Shown here: positions 27,905 through 38,963 of the stretch, piece by piece
Position numbering within the stretch: the stretch's first letter is position 1
How the letters are laid out: each line of letters opens with the position of its first letter
Source: a virus
Taxonomy: Duplodnaviria > Caudoviricetes
IMG/VR virus record: IMGVR_UViG_3300036403_000039
Span: 1,604 to 65,603 of that record
Length of the DNA stretch: 64,000 nucleotides
Direction: 5' to 3' (one strand)
Program-made: the position numbers and the translations under genes
The notes under the pieces: model-generated
What the model was told of the DNA's origin: nothing
The model's database searches: none
What the model saw: the letters and a program-made list of their open reading frames with translations, nothing else

Positions 27905-28549
27905 ATGCGCATTTCCGTTCAGATCGATAGCGCCGCAGCCCAGGCGCAGTTGCGCCGTTGGGGCGGTGAGTTCCGCGATAAGGTCAAGAAGGCGGTGTCG
28001 CGGGCGATTGCCAGCGAGGCGGTCGAACTCAAGCAAGACGTGCGCAGCCACGTCGCCAGCCAGATGGCAGTGGTCAAGAAGTCCTTCCTCAAGGGCTTCA
28101 CCGCCAAGGTGCTGGACAAAGACCCGAACCGACTGCCCGCGCTGTACGTGGGTTCGCGCATTCCGTGGTCGGGGATGCACGAGACCGGCGGCCAGATTGC
28201 CGGGCGGATGCTGATTCCACTGAACGGTCGAGTGGGCCGCAAGCGCTTCAAGGCGCAGGTGGCCGAGCTGATGCGCGGCGGCAATGCCTATTTCATCAAG
28301 AACGCGAAGGGAAACATCGTCCTGATGGCCGAGAACATCAAAGAGCACGACCGGCCACTGGCGGGTTTCAAGCGCCGCTATCGCAAGGCCGAGGGCATCA
28401 AGCGCCTCAAACGCGGCGCGGATATCCCGATTGCCGTCCTGGTGCCCAGGGTCGTGCTCAAGAAGCGACTCGATGTCGAGCGCTTGGTCGCGGGTCGCAT
28501 CCCGCGTCTGGCAGCGGCGGTCGAGAAGCAGATCAGCACGGTGGATTGA
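27905..28549 (+). CDS. DUF6441-like basic tail/neck protein
   Basis: 214 aa Lys/Arg-rich, VLVPRVVLKKRLD. Confidence 0.7.
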   Translation: MRISVQIDSAAAQAQLRRWGGEFRDKVKKAVSRAIASEAVELKQDVRSHVASQMAVVKKSFLKGFTAKVLDKDPNRLPALYVGSRIPWSGMHETGGQIAGRMLIPLNGRVGRKRFKAQVAELMRGGNAYFIKNAKGNIVLMAENIKEHDRPLAGFKRRYRKAEGIKRLKRGADIPIAVLVPRVVLKKRLDVERLVAGRIPRLAAAVEKQISTVD

Positions 28550-28552
28550 TTC

Positions 28553-31500
28553 ATGGCCAAGCGAATTTCCATCCTCGTCGCGCTCGAAGGGGCCGACGAG
28601 GGGCTCAAACGCGCTATCACGTCGGCCGAGCGCAGTCTCGGTGAGCTGTCGACCACCGCCAAGACCGCCGGGGCGAAGGCTGCCGCCGGAATGGCCGAGG
28701 TCAAGGCCGGGATGTCGGCCTTCGGCGATCAGGTGGCGACGGCCAAGACGCAGTTGCTGGCCTTCCTATCGATCAGCTGGGCCGCTGGCAAGGTGCAGGA
28801 GATTGTCCAGATCGCCGACGCGTGGAACATGATGTCCGCGCGCCTGAAGCTGGCGACGGCGGGACAGCGTGAGTTCACGACCGCGCAAGCGGCCCTGTTC
28901 GACATCGCCCAGCGCATTGGCGTGCCGATTCAGGAAACGGCCACGCTGTACGGCAAGCTCCAGCAGGCGGTGCGGATGCTGGGTGGTGAGCAGAAGGATG
29001 CGCTCACGATTACCGAGAGCATTTCGCAGGCTCTGCGTCTGTCGGGTGCATCGGCCTCTGAGGCTCAGTCGTCCCTGCTGCAGTTCGGGCAGGCGCTCGC
29101 CTCCGGGGTGCTGCGGGGCGAGGAATTCAACTCCGTCGTCGAGAACAGCCCCCGTCTGGCGCAGGCTCTGGCCGATGGACTGAACGTGCCTATCGGGCGG
29201 CTGCGCAAGCTGGCCGAAGAAGGCCGACTGACTGCTGACGTGGTGGTCAACGCGCTGATGAGCCAGAAGGACAAGCTCGCCAGCGAGTACGCCCAACTGC
29301 CGCAGACGGTGAGCCAGGCCTTCGAGCGCCTGCGCAATGCCTTCGGGCAATGGATCAACCGGGTCGATGAATCGACGGGCCTGACCAAGAAGCTGGCCGA
29401 GGCGCTGACCTTCCTGGCCAGCAACCTCGATACGGTGATGCAATGGCTCAAGCGGATCGCCGAAGTTGGGCTCGCGGTGCTGATCTATCGCCTGATCCCG
29501 GCGCTCATCACCGCTTGGCAGACCGCCGGTGCGGCGGCCGTTACCGCCGCCAGCGCCACCGCTGCCGCCTGGACGACGGCGAATCTGTCGGTGTCGGCAG
29601 CCGTGGCCAGCGTCGGCCTGCTCAAGACGGCGTTCGCCGTGCTGGGCGCGTTCCTGGTCGGATGGGAAATCGGGACGTGGCTGTCAGAGAAATTCGAGAT
29701 CGTCCGCAAGGCGGGCATCTTCATGGTCGAGATGCTGGTCAAGGCGGTCGAGCAGTTGCGCTACCGCTGGGAGGCATTCGCCGCCATCTTCACGTCGGAC
29801 ACGATTGCTGAGGCGACCAAGCGCCACGAGGCCCGTCTCGCGGAGATGAACCAGATCTTTGCGCAGATGTACGCCGACGCGACCAAGGGGGCAGATGCGG
29901 CCAAGGGTGCAATGAACACCGCTGCGACGACCGCCGAGGAAATCGCCAAGCGGCTCGAAGCCGTGCGTCAGGGCACACAGGAGGCCGTCGGTCGCGGCGT
30001 CGAGGCCGTCCATAGCGCCCTGGAGAAACTGAAATCCCGCCTCGGTGAGGTCGAGCAGGCTGTCGGCAAGGCCAATCAGACGGTCAACGACGCCACTGCC
30101 AAGATGGCCGAGGCCTACAAGGGCCTAACGTCCATCGTCGAGGCCAACCTGCTGCGCCAGATCGAAGCGGTCAAGGCGCGCTACCAGCAGGAACAGTCGG
30201 CGCTGGAGACATCCAAGCAGTCCGAAGCGGCGCTGATCACCAAGTCGACGCAATTGCTGACAGATGCCCTCACGCAGCAGACAACGCTGCGGCGGCAGTC
30301 CACGACCGACACGCTGAAGCTCATTGACGATGAGTCCAAGGCCAGGATCGAGGCGGCACGTCGCCAGGGCCAGACTGAGGAAGAACGCCGCGCCAACGTC
30401 CAGCGTGTTGAAAACGACATCCTGGCCACCAAGCGCCAGACGATGACGCAGGCGCTGGCCGAGTACCGGCAGCACATCGACGCGCTCAACGCCGAGGCCA
30501 ACCGGCATCTGGCCGAGATCAAACGCATCGAGGAGGAGAAGCGCCAGCTCTCGATGACGACGGAGGAACGTGTCCGCGACATCCGTCGCCAGGGCATGAC
30601 CGACTTCGAGGCCACGGAAGACCGCAAGCGTCAGATCGCCGAGTACCAGGGGAAGGCCCGCGAGGCGCTGGCCAATGGTGAGTTCGAGCAGGCCCGGCAG
30701 CTCGCCCAGAAAGCGATGGATCTGGCCTCGCAGGTGGCCAGTTCGCAAACCAGCGAGGCCAAGCGCGGCGAAGACGCCCGCAAGCAGTCCGAACAGGCGG
30801 TTTCTCAGGTCACCCAACTGGAATCGCAGTCCCGCGACGCCTATCGCAAGCAGGAATACGCGCAAGCCGAAGCCCTGATGCGCCAAGCGGACGCGTTGCG
30901 CGCCGAACTGGCCCAGAAGACCAAGGATTCGGACACCCAGATCGCGCAGGGCAAGGATGGCGTCAACCAAGCCATCCAGCGCATCCGGGAATCAGAAGAA
31001 ATTCTCAACAAGACCTTGGATGCCGAAGCCAAGGCTCACCAGACGGCCGCCCAGTCGGCATTGACCGCGCGCGCCCAGATCCAGCAGACCCTCACCCAGA
31101 CCGAAAACCAGATCGACCAGATTACGGCCAAGCTGAAAGACGGGCTGAAGGTCACGTTGGATGCCGACACGACGCGCTTCGACAAAGCCATCGCTGATCT
31201 GGACAAGGCCATCGCCGAGAAGGAATTCCTGCTCAAGATTCAGGCTGACTTGCAAGAGGCCGAGAAGAAGCTGCAGCAGTACGAGCAACTCCTCAAGGAA
31301 GGCAAGACGCTGCCCGTCGATGCCGATGTCTCCAAGGCCAAGGAGGCGTTGGCCAAGCTCAAGCTCTACGCTGACCAGAACTCGCAGTTCGAACTGAAGG
31401 TGGCGACCGAGAAGGCGCAGGCTGCGATCACCAACGTCGAGGGGATGATCAAGGCACTGGATCGCATCCAGACCGAGTCCCGGCATCAGGTCAGCACCAA

Positions 31501-32596
31501 CGCCGATGCGGCCCGCGCCGAGATCATGAGTCTCAACGGGGCCAACACCTCGAGCACGCACACGATCTACGTGCGCAAGGTGGAGGCAAACGCGACCGGT
31601 GGCTTGGTGGGCGCTGGCGTGCGCCGCTACGCCGATGGTGGCGCAGTGGCTCCGGCCTTTCCCAGAATGAGCGGCGGCTCGGTTCCAGGCTCAGGCCATC
31701 ACGACACCGTGCCGCGCACCTTGGATGCCGGTGCCTTCGTGATTCGCAAGGCTGCGGTGCAGAAATACGGCGGCGGTGCGCTCTCACGGCTGGCCAACGG
31801 TGTCGCCCGATTTGCCGTCGGCGGTCGCGTGATGGCCTTTGGCAACGGTCGATCCCAAGGTGCCGATCCTGATGGCAAGCCGATTGTCCCGAAGAAGAAC
31901 CGGGAGGCGGTCGAAGCTCTGAAGATGATCGATCTCGGCCTGCAAGGGATGAACGAGTACACGGGCTGGCTGCAGTGGAACTACGGCGCATCGGTCAGCC
32001 TGGACATGCGTAGCAAGACGATGGAAAGCTACGGCAAGCAGGCCCAGCAGGATCGGCGTGCGCTGGAGGACTTCATCAGCCGCAAGACGCTCACAGGCAA
32101 CGAGCGACAGAACCTGGAGCGCATCAAGCAGACGTGGCGGCAGGCGATGGCCCAGCCACTGCTCTGGGGCAAAGACCTGGAGCGCGAGCTGATCGACTAC
32201 ATGGAGCAGAACCAGGGCGAGTTCTACCGGCGCGGCGGCATGGCCAAGTCCGACACCGTACCGGCGATGCTCACGCCGGGCGAGTTTGTCGTGAACAAGG
32301 ATGCCGTTTCCCGCTACGGCGCTGGCTTCTTCGAGGCGATCAACAACCTGTCCGCCCCGGCGCAAGCCCTGGCTGGTCGTGCGCTCGCGGGCGTTCAGGG
32401 CTTCGCGACTGGCGGTCTGGTGCAGCCAGGTAGCTCGCGGCTGACCCGTCCGGTGTTGGCGACTGATGCCGGGCCCAGCCGCACGGTGCGTGTCGAGCTG
32501 TCCTCGGGCGACCGCAAGGTCAATGCCTCCGTCGATGCGCGCGACGAGTCGCGCCTTCTTCAACTTCTTGACGCTGCCCGAACTCGGGCGGTGTGA
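28553..32596 (+). CDS. Tape measure protein
   Basis: 1347 aa helical; QFGQALASGVLRGEEFNSVVEN; DTVPAMLTPGEFVV. Confidence 0.94.
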   Translation: MAKRISILVALEGADEGLKRAITSAERSLGELSTTAKTAGAKAAAGMAEVKAGMSAFGDQVATAKTQLLAFLSISWAAGKVQEIVQIADAWNMMSARLKLATAGQREFTTAQAALFDIAQRIGVPIQETATLYGKLQQAVRMLGGEQKDALTITESISQALRLSGASASEAQSSLLQFGQALASGVLRGEEFNSVVENSPRLAQALADGLNVPIGRLRKLAEEGRLTADVVVNALMSQKDKLASEYAQLPQTVSQAFERLRNAFGQWINRVDESTGLTKKLAEALTFLASNLDTVMQWLKRIAEVGLAVLIYRLIPALITAWQTAGAAAVTAASATAAAWTTANLSVSAAVASVGLLKTAFAVLGAFLVGWEIGTWLSEKFEIVRKAGIFMVEMLVKAVEQLRYRWEAFAAIFTSDTIAEATKRHEARLAEMNQIFAQMYADATKGADAAKGAMNTAATTAEEIAKRLEAVRQGTQEAVGRGVEAVHSALEKLKSRLGEVEQAVGKANQTVNDATAKMAEAYKGLTSIVEANLLRQIEAVKARYQQEQSALETSKQSEAALITKSTQLLTDALTQQTTLRRQSTTDTLKLIDDESKARIEAARRQGQTEEERRANVQRVENDILATKRQTMTQALAEYRQHIDALNAEANRHLAEIKRIEEEKRQLSMTTEERVRDIRRQGMTDFEATEDRKRQIAEYQGKAREALANGEFEQARQLAQKAMDLASQVASSQTSEAKRGEDARKQSEQAVSQVTQLESQSRDAYRKQEYAQAEALMRQADALRAELAQKTKDSDTQIAQGKDGVNQAIQRIRESEEILNKTLDAEAKAHQTAAQSALTARAQIQQTLTQTENQIDQITAKLKDGLKVTLDADTTRFDKAIADLDKAIAEKEFLLKIQADLQEAEKKLQQYEQLLKEGKTLPVDADVSKAKEALAKLKLYADQNSQFELKVATEKAQAAITNVEGMIKALDRIQTESRHQVSTNADAARAEIMSLNGANTSSTHTIYVRKVEANATGGLVGAGVRRYADGGAVAPAFPRMSGGSVPGSGHHDTVPRTLDAGAFVIRKAAVQKYGGGALSRLANGVARFAVGGRVMAFGNGRSQGADPDGKPIVPKKNREAVEALKMIDLGLQGMNEYTGWLQWNYGASVSLDMRSKTMESYGKQAQQDRRALEDFISRKTLTGNERQNLERIKQTWRQAMAQPLLWGKDLERELIDYMEQNQGEFYRRGGMAKSDTVPAMLTPGEFVVNKDAVSRYGAGFFEAINNLSAPAQALAGRALAGVQGFATGGLVQPGSSRLTRPVLATDAGPSRTVRVELSSGDRKVNASVDARDESRLLQLLDAARTRAV

Positions 32597-32606
32597 GTCC
32601 ATTCCG

Positions 32607-33014
32607 ATGCAACTGAAGAACCTCTCCAATGAGGTGGCCTTGCTGCTGCCCGACGATTTGCTTTGGAGCGATGAGCATGCGTGGTCGCCCGCTGTGGCGG
32701 CCACGTCCTACCTCATCACCGGAGCCTTGCTGATCCAGTCCGCCACGCGGCAAGCCGGTCGCCCGATCACGCTGGTGGGCGCGCCCGATATGGCCTGGGT
32801 CACGCGCGCCACGGTCGAGCTGCTGCGCACGTGGGCGGCAGTTCCTGTCGGCAACACCACTGGCCGCTTTGCCTTGACCCTCAAAGACGGCCGCTCGTTG
32901 ACCGTGGCCTTCCGCCACACAGAAACGGCCATCGAAGCCGAGCCGGTGCTGGGCATCCCGGCCCGCGCCGACACCGACTTCTATCGCCTGACCCTTCGAT
33001 TCCTGGAGATTTGA
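32607..33014 (+). CDS. Distal tail-like protein
   Basis: Directly after the tape measure gene; LPDDLLWSDE, GRPITL. Confidence 0.65.
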   Translation: MQLKNLSNEVALLLPDDLLWSDEHAWSPAVAATSYLITGALLIQSATRQAGRPITLVGAPDMAWVTRATVELLRTWAAVPVGNTTGRFALTLKDGRSLTVAFRHTETAIEAEPVLGIPARADTDFYRLTLRFLEI

Positions 33015-33015
33015 A

Positions 33016-36000
33016 ATGCCGATCCAATCCGGCGACGTGAAACTGCTGAAGTCCGCCGTGATGGCGGATGTGCCCGAGGGCGGTGGCGCGCCCACGGGCA
33101 ACACCATTGCCGATGGCGTCTCGAACGCCATCTTTCCTGACATCTCCGAGCTGGATCGCGCCGGTGGCCGGGTCAACCTGCGCAAGTCCTTCGTGTCGGT
33201 GCAGACCGACGACACCGACACCTATTTCGGTGCCAACGTGATCGTGGCCGAGCCGCCGCAGGATGCGCGCGTCAGCGTCACGCTGTTCAGCACCGAGAAG
33301 ACCTTCGACACGCGCGAGCAGGCCCAAGTCCGCATCGAGGCATACCTCAACAAGGGCCCCGAGTGGGCAGGCTACTTGTTCGAGAACCACATCGCGGGCC
33401 AGCGCGTTATTCAGCTTTTCCAGCGCACCACCGACACCGTTCCCAATGTCGGCCAGACCTTGGTCTTGATCGAGAACGAGGGCCTGGGCACCCAGAAGGA
33501 GCAGTACATCCGGGCCACCTCGGTGTCCGTCGTCGAGCGCACGTTCACTTACGACGGCGACAAGGACTACAAGGCCAGCATCGTCACGGTCGACATCAGC
33601 GACGCATTGCGCTACGACTTCACCGGCTCGCCTGCAAGCCGCACGTTCACCCGGGCCGCGAACAGCACCAAGACTCGCGACACGGTCGTGGCGGACGCCG
33701 GTACCTACGTCGGGGTGGTACCGCTGACGCAGGCTGCAGCAGTCGGCGACTTCACGATCAAGGGCACCTCGATCTACACGCAGTTGGTGCCGAGCGCGCA
33801 GACCGAGACGCCGATCTCGTTCGTTCCTCCCTACGCGGCCGCAGGATTGCCGGTTCCCGGGGCAGTGGCGGTGAGCTATACGGCCTACCACGCCTGGACA
33901 ACCAGCATCAAATTCAACCTGCCGGGCGGTTGCTTACCCGGGTCGCTGACCATCCAGACCGACGGCATCACGATCTTCGATGACGCGGGTCTGCTCAAGA
34001 CCGCCAGCGGGACGATGGGCACCATTGATTACGCCAACGGCATCCTGACCCTGAACTCGGGGACGATGTCGAACGCGAAGGCCATCACCTACACGCCCGC
34101 TGCGCAGATTCTGCGTGCGCCGCAAAGCTCGGAGATCCCGGTCACGCCCGAGTCGCGCAGCCAGTCCTACGTGGGCACGGTCAACCCGGTGCCGCAGCCC
34201 GGCACGCTGTCGATCAGCTACATGGCCCAGGGCCGCTGGTACGTGTTGTCTGACAGTGGCAACGGGTCGCTCAAGGGCCTGGATGCCAGCTATGGCGCGG
34301 GCACCTTCAACAGGAATACCGGAGCCTTCGTGGTCACGCTGGGCGCATTGCCCGACGTGGGCAGTTCGCTCGTGCTGACCTGGAACGTGCCGACGCAGGA
34401 GACGCAGCAGCCGTCGACTACCCTCAAGGCGGCGCAGAGTCTTGCATTGAATCCGCCCGCAGGGACGGCGGTACAACCCGGCTCGCTCACTGTGTCCTGG
34501 GAGTATGGCGGCACCAAGACGGCAACGGCGGCCACCTCCGGCGTGCTGTCTGGTGCGGCCACCGGCAGTCTGAGCGTGGCGCAGAACCGCGTGGACTTCG
34601 CGCCCAATGTGCTGCCAGCGGTGGGCACGCAACTCACCGTGAGCTACGTCGCGGGCCCGAAGCAGGAAGATTCGTTTGCGCATCCGTCACGCAACGGATC
34701 GGGGCTGTTGCCGGTCACCGCGACCCTTGGGGCCATCGAGCCGGGTTCGCTCGAAGTCGAGTGGAACACTTTCACCGACGAGGCGGTTCTCGGCGCGTAC
34801 ACCTTCGCTCAATTGCAGGAAATGGGCATCGCCGTGTCGATCTGGCGCGATCCTACGCAGATCGCCCGAGATGATGGGAACGGCGGCGTAGTGCTGAACG
34901 GGATCTCTATTGGCACCGTCAACTACGCAACCGGTCAGGTGACATTCAATCCGGATGTCTCGATCCGTATCCCTCGCCCGGTCTACACGGCAGTCGCCAT
35001 CAACGGCACGGGTCGGTGGCGGTTGAACTACGGTGGCATCTCCTACGTCGATGCGCCATCCCTGTACCCCAACGACGAGTCCGGCTACGTCAAGCTGCGC
35101 TACAACAGCGCGGGCTCGACCAGCAACCAGTCCGAGACCTTCCAGTTCCTCCCGGCCTTTAAGTTGGTGCCGGGTGTGAATGCCCAGGTGGTGACGGGCA
35201 CGGTGCTTCTCTCCATCAGTGGGGCGCAGCCGTGGGGCGACAACGGCCAGGGCACGTTGCGCGAATTCACCACCAGCGGCTGGGTCACGCGCGGCACGAT
35301 CAACTACCTGTCTGGGGACGTGGCGCTGACGTCCTGGACGGCAGGAACGAACAACGCCATCACGCGAGCCAGTTGCGTGACCACGGTCGGCGAGAACATT
35401 TCAAGCGAGTTCGTCTTCCGCACCGGCGCGGCCCCGCTGCGCCCGGGCTCGCTGTCGATCCAGTACGCCCGTGCGGTCGGCGGCACGCAAAGCGTGACGG
35501 CCGGAATCGACGGCAAGATCGATGCGACCGGCGTTAGCGGCGGTGTCGACTACGAAACCGGGCTGGTACGGGTTCGCTTCGGCACGATGGTCACTGCGGC
35601 CGGGAACGAGATCCAACCTTGGTACGCCGCCGACCGGGTGGGCACGGACGGCAAGATCTTCCGGCCTGAGCCGGTGGCTGCCTCCAGCGTGCGCTACAGC
35701 GCGGTGGCCTACAGCTACCTGCCGCTGGATGCCGATCTGCTTGGTATCGACCCGGTGCGTCTGCCCAGCGATGGGCGCGTGCCGATCTTCCGTCCTGGTG
35801 GCTTTGCCGTGGTGGGCCACACCGGCAAGATCACCACCTCGGTCAGCAACGGCCAGACCATCAACTGCGCACGGGTGCGCCTGTCGCGTGTGCGCGTCGT
35901 TGGCCACGACGGGGCGGTGATCAACACCGGGTACTCCGCCGATCTGGAAGCGGGCACCGTCACCTTCATCAACGTGGCGGGCTACAGCCAGCCCGTGACC

Positions 36001-36579
36001 ATCGAGCACCGCATCGAGGACATGGCCGTGGTGCGCGATGTGCAGATCAGCGGTGAGATCAGCTTCACGCGCGCCCTGACGCACGAATATCCGCTGGGGA
36101 GTCACGTCTCCAGCGCGCTGGTGGCCGGTGACCTCTTTGCCCGCGTCAATCTGGTGTTCGACCAGTCGACGTGGAACGGCGCGTGGTCGGATGCCTTGTC
36201 GGGCAGCTCGGCAACAGCGACGTTCAACAACACGCAGTACCCGATCCGTGTGACGAACCGGGGCGCATTGACCGAGCGCTGGGTCGTTCGACTGACCAAC
36301 AGCACCTCGTTCGAAGTCATCGGCGAGAACGTCGGCGTGATCGCCACGGGCAACACCAGCGCGGATTGCGCACCCAACAACCCGGCGACCGGCGTGCCGT
36401 ACTTCCATCTGCCCGCACTTGGATGGGGCAATGGCTGGGCCACCGGCAACGTGCTGCGCTTCAACACCATCGGCGCGCAGTTCCCGGTCTGGGTGGTGCG
36501 CACCGTCCAGCAGGGGCCGGAGTCCGTGCCCGACGACAACTTCACGTTGCTGATTCGCGGCGACGTGGACACCCCCTGA
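33016..36579 (+). CDS. Large tail tip/baseplate protein
   Basis: 1187 aa beta-rich with repeated PGSL... and GT(I/V)(D/N)Y.xG units. Confidence 0.75.
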   Translation: MPIQSGDVKLLKSAVMADVPEGGGAPTGNTIADGVSNAIFPDISELDRAGGRVNLRKSFVSVQTDDTDTYFGANVIVAEPPQDARVSVTLFSTEKTFDTREQAQVRIEAYLNKGPEWAGYLFENHIAGQRVIQLFQRTTDTVPNVGQTLVLIENEGLGTQKEQYIRATSVSVVERTFTYDGDKDYKASIVTVDISDALRYDFTGSPASRTFTRAANSTKTRDTVVADAGTYVGVVPLTQAAAVGDFTIKGTSIYTQLVPSAQTETPISFVPPYAAAGLPVPGAVAVSYTAYHAWTTSIKFNLPGGCLPGSLTIQTDGITIFDDAGLLKTASGTMGTIDYANGILTLNSGTMSNAKAITYTPAAQILRAPQSSEIPVTPESRSQSYVGTVNPVPQPGTLSISYMAQGRWYVLSDSGNGSLKGLDASYGAGTFNRNTGAFVVTLGALPDVGSSLVLTWNVPTQETQQPSTTLKAAQSLALNPPAGTAVQPGSLTVSWEYGGTKTATAATSGVLSGAATGSLSVAQNRVDFAPNVLPAVGTQLTVSYVAGPKQEDSFAHPSRNGSGLLPVTATLGAIEPGSLEVEWNTFTDEAVLGAYTFAQLQEMGIAVSIWRDPTQIARDDGNGGVVLNGISIGTVNYATGQVTFNPDVSIRIPRPVYTAVAINGTGRWRLNYGGISYVDAPSLYPNDESGYVKLRYNSAGSTSNQSETFQFLPAFKLVPGVNAQVVTGTVLLSISGAQPWGDNGQGTLREFTTSGWVTRGTINYLSGDVALTSWTAGTNNAITRASCVTTVGENISSEFVFRTGAAPLRPGSLSIQYARAVGGTQSVTAGIDGKIDATGVSGGVDYETGLVRVRFGTMVTAAGNEIQPWYAADRVGTDGKIFRPEPVAASSVRYSAVAYSYLPLDADLLGIDPVRLPSDGRVPIFRPGGFAVVGHTGKITTSVSNGQTINCARVRLSRVRVVGHDGAVINTGYSADLEAGTVTFINVAGYSQPVTIEHRIEDMAVVRDVQISGEISFTRALTHEYPLGSHVSSALVAGDLFARVNLVFDQSTWNGAWSDALSGSSATATFNNTQYPIRVTNRGALTERWVVRLTNSTSFEVIGENVGVIATGNTSADCAPNNPATGVPYFHLPALGWGNGWATGNVLRFNTIGAQFPVWVVRTVQQGPESVPDDNFTLLIRGDVDTP

Positions 36580-36602
36580 TTTCGTAGACAGGAACCAATG
36601 AA

Positions 36603-37874
36603 ATGACCGACCTGACCGTCAAATACTTCAACAGCGGCATGACCGGCGCACCTCAGATCTCCAACAACTGGGGCGATCTGGTGACGATGCTCGATGCCTG
36701 CCTCGTCAATGGCTTCGCGCTGAAAGCCATCGACACCTTGACCTTCGCCGATGGCGTGGCCACCGCCACCATCACGGCGGGCCACGCATACCAGCCACAT
36801 CAGGTGGTGTTGGTCGCCGGAGCCGAGCAGCCCGAGTACAACGGATCGTTCCGCGTGCTGACAACGACCATGACCACGTTCACCTACGCGGTGACGGGCA
36901 CGCCGGTGTCGCCTGCGACGACCACCACGAACCTGAGCGCCAAGGTGGCTCCGCTTGGGTGGGAGAAGCCATTCGCGGGGACGGGCAAGGCTGCCTACCG
37001 CAGCAAGAACCCGCAGTCACCGCAGAACATCCTGCTGATCGACGACAGTCTCAAGACGCCGGGCTACACGACCACCTGGGCCAAGTGGGCGAATGTCGGC
37101 ATCGTGGAAGACCTGGCGGACATCGACACCATCGTCGGCGCGCAGGCCCCCTATGACCCGAACAACCCGACGCAGAACTGGAAGCAAGTTCAAGCTGGCC
37201 AGTGGGGTTGGTACAAGTGGTACCACGGCCGCACCAGCGGCTACGACAACTCTGGTGACAGCGGCGGTGGCAATCGCAACTGGGTGCTCATTGGCGATGA
37301 CCGCCTGTTCTTTTTGTTTTGCACCAATGCTGCCGGATACGGGTGGTACGGGCGCAGCTCGTATTGCTTCGGCGATATCAGCGGCTTCAAGCCCGGCGAC
37401 AACTATTGCACCGTGCTCTGCGCTGACGACCTTTACTGGAGCAACAGCAGCAGCGGCTATTCGAGTTACCCGGGGCAGTACAACGGCTACGGGCTGGTTT
37501 CGTCCCTGGACTTCACCGGCAAGGTGCTGCTGCGCAATCACACCCAACTCGGCAATCCCGTCCGGTTCGGACTCACGTCGCTGAACACCAACAACGGCCA
37601 GCAGATCTGCGGTCGGGGCCCGATGCCGTTCCCGAATGGAGCCGACTACAGCTTGTGGCTGTTGCCCACTTACGTGCGGCAGGAGGACGGCCATATGCGC
37701 GGCATCCTGCCCGGGATGCTGTGGATGCCCCAAGACCGGCCCTATAGCGATCAGACCATCGTGGACAACGTGGTGGGTCAGGCGGGCAAGCGTTTCTTGC
37801 TGGTCAGGACGCAGTACAGCTCAGAAACCGAAGGCGCACAAATCGCGTTCGACATCACTGGCCCGTGGAGGTAA
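36603..37874 (+). CDS. Tail-associated (receptor-binding candidate) protein
   Basis: GAPQISNNWGDLVTMLDACLVNG N-terminus; Gly/Tyr/Trp-rich body. Confidence 0.7.
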   Translation: MTDLTVKYFNSGMTGAPQISNNWGDLVTMLDACLVNGFALKAIDTLTFADGVATATITAGHAYQPHQVVLVAGAEQPEYNGSFRVLTTTMTTFTYAVTGTPVSPATTTTNLSAKVAPLGWEKPFAGTGKAAYRSKNPQSPQNILLIDDSLKTPGYTTTWAKWANVGIVEDLADIDTIVGAQAPYDPNNPTQNWKQVQAGQWGWYKWYHGRTSGYDNSGDSGGGNRNWVLIGDDRLFFLFCTNAAGYGWYGRSSYCFGDISGFKPGDNYCTVLCADDLYWSNSSSGYSSYPGQYNGYGLVSSLDFTGKVLLRNHTQLGNPVRFGLTSLNTNNGQQICGRGPMPFPNGADYSLWLLPTYVRQEDGHMRGILPGMLWMPQDRPYSDQTIVDNVVGQAGKRFLLVRTQYSSETEGAQIAFDITGPWR

Positions 37875-37877
37875 GCC

Positions 37878-38963
37878 ATGAGCTACCCGCTGAGCGAGTC
37901 TTTCGCCACGGCTCCGGCGACCGGCTACACCGCAGTCCTGGGCGGAATGTCCGCGACCCACAACAACGTGCAGCAGTCCATCGACATCTCGGCCCCGAAC
38001 AGCCAGTCCATCCTGCGCTTCAACGAAACCGCACACGGCGACTTCTGGTTCGAGGCGGACATCGAGTTGTTGACCGACCCGAGCGCCCGCAAGCACATCG
38101 GTCTGTGGATGACCACCGGCAACGGTTCCGAGGGCTACCGGTTCGCACATATTGACGGTGCCTGGAGCGTGACACGCTGGAACAGTGGTTTCGGCGATGG
38201 CGCGGCAGTAACGGGCGGCGTCAACGATGGAGCCAAGCCGGTTGCCGGTGTTTCCGACGTGGCCCCGACCTTCAACGTCGGCCAGCGGATGACCCTGCGC
38301 TGCGAGGTCATCGTCGGAGCCTTCGACGCCAACGGTGTGCCGTGGGCCCGGCTGATCCAGTTCAAGGCCGGTGGGGTGCTGATGTTCCAGGTCGGGGATG
38401 CTGCCTACCGGGGCAAGCTGATCCCGGGCGTGTTCCTGTATGGAGCCACGGCGCGCGTCCACGCCATCGCGGGTGACACGCCGTCAGGTCTGCCCTCGTT
38501 TCCCGCGACCGTCGGCGTGAACGTTGCCGATGACCTGCTGCCGCTGTCCGGTGGACCGACTTCGGTGCTGCCTGATCCCGCCGCCAGCATCGGCGTCAAT
38601 GCCGATTGCGACCTGATGCGCCTGAACAGCCCCAACTCTGAGCTGTGGAACCGGGGTGGTGGCTACGACTGGCACTTCCACGCGATTCCGAACGGCCGCA
38701 AGGACATCCACTTCAGCGGCCACGGGGTGATCGTCGGAACCGTGAAGGAGAAGGGTCAGCCCGACCAGCCCCTGGTGCGGCGGGTGCAACTGATCAGCGA
38801 GAACACCCGCGTCCTTGTGGCCGAGACCTGGAGCGACACCACGGGCGCGTACCGGTTCGAGCTGATCGACCCAGCCCAGAGATACACCGTCGTCAGCTAC
38901 GACCACAAGCAGATGTACCGCGCCGTGATCGCGGACAACCTTCATCCGGAGATGATGCCGTGA
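37878..38963 (+). CDS. Tail-associated protein, lectin-like N-terminus and Ig-like C-terminus
   Basis: C-terminal VAETWSDTTGAYRF...YRAVIADNLHP. Confidence 0.65.
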   Translation: MSYPLSESFATAPATGYTAVLGGMSATHNNVQQSIDISAPNSQSILRFNETAHGDFWFEADIELLTDPSARKHIGLWMTTGNGSEGYRFAHIDGAWSVTRWNSGFGDGAAVTGGVNDGAKPVAGVSDVAPTFNVGQRMTLRCEVIVGAFDANGVPWARLIQFKAGGVLMFQVGDAAYRGKLIPGVFLYGATARVHAIAGDTPSGLPSFPATVGVNVADDLLPLSGGPTSVLPDPAASIGVNADCDLMRLNSPNSELWNRGGGYDWHFHAIPNGRKDIHFSGHGVIVGTVKEKGQPDQPLVRRVQLISENTRVLVAETWSDTTGAYRFELIDPAQRYTVVSYDHKQMYRAVIADNLHPEMMP

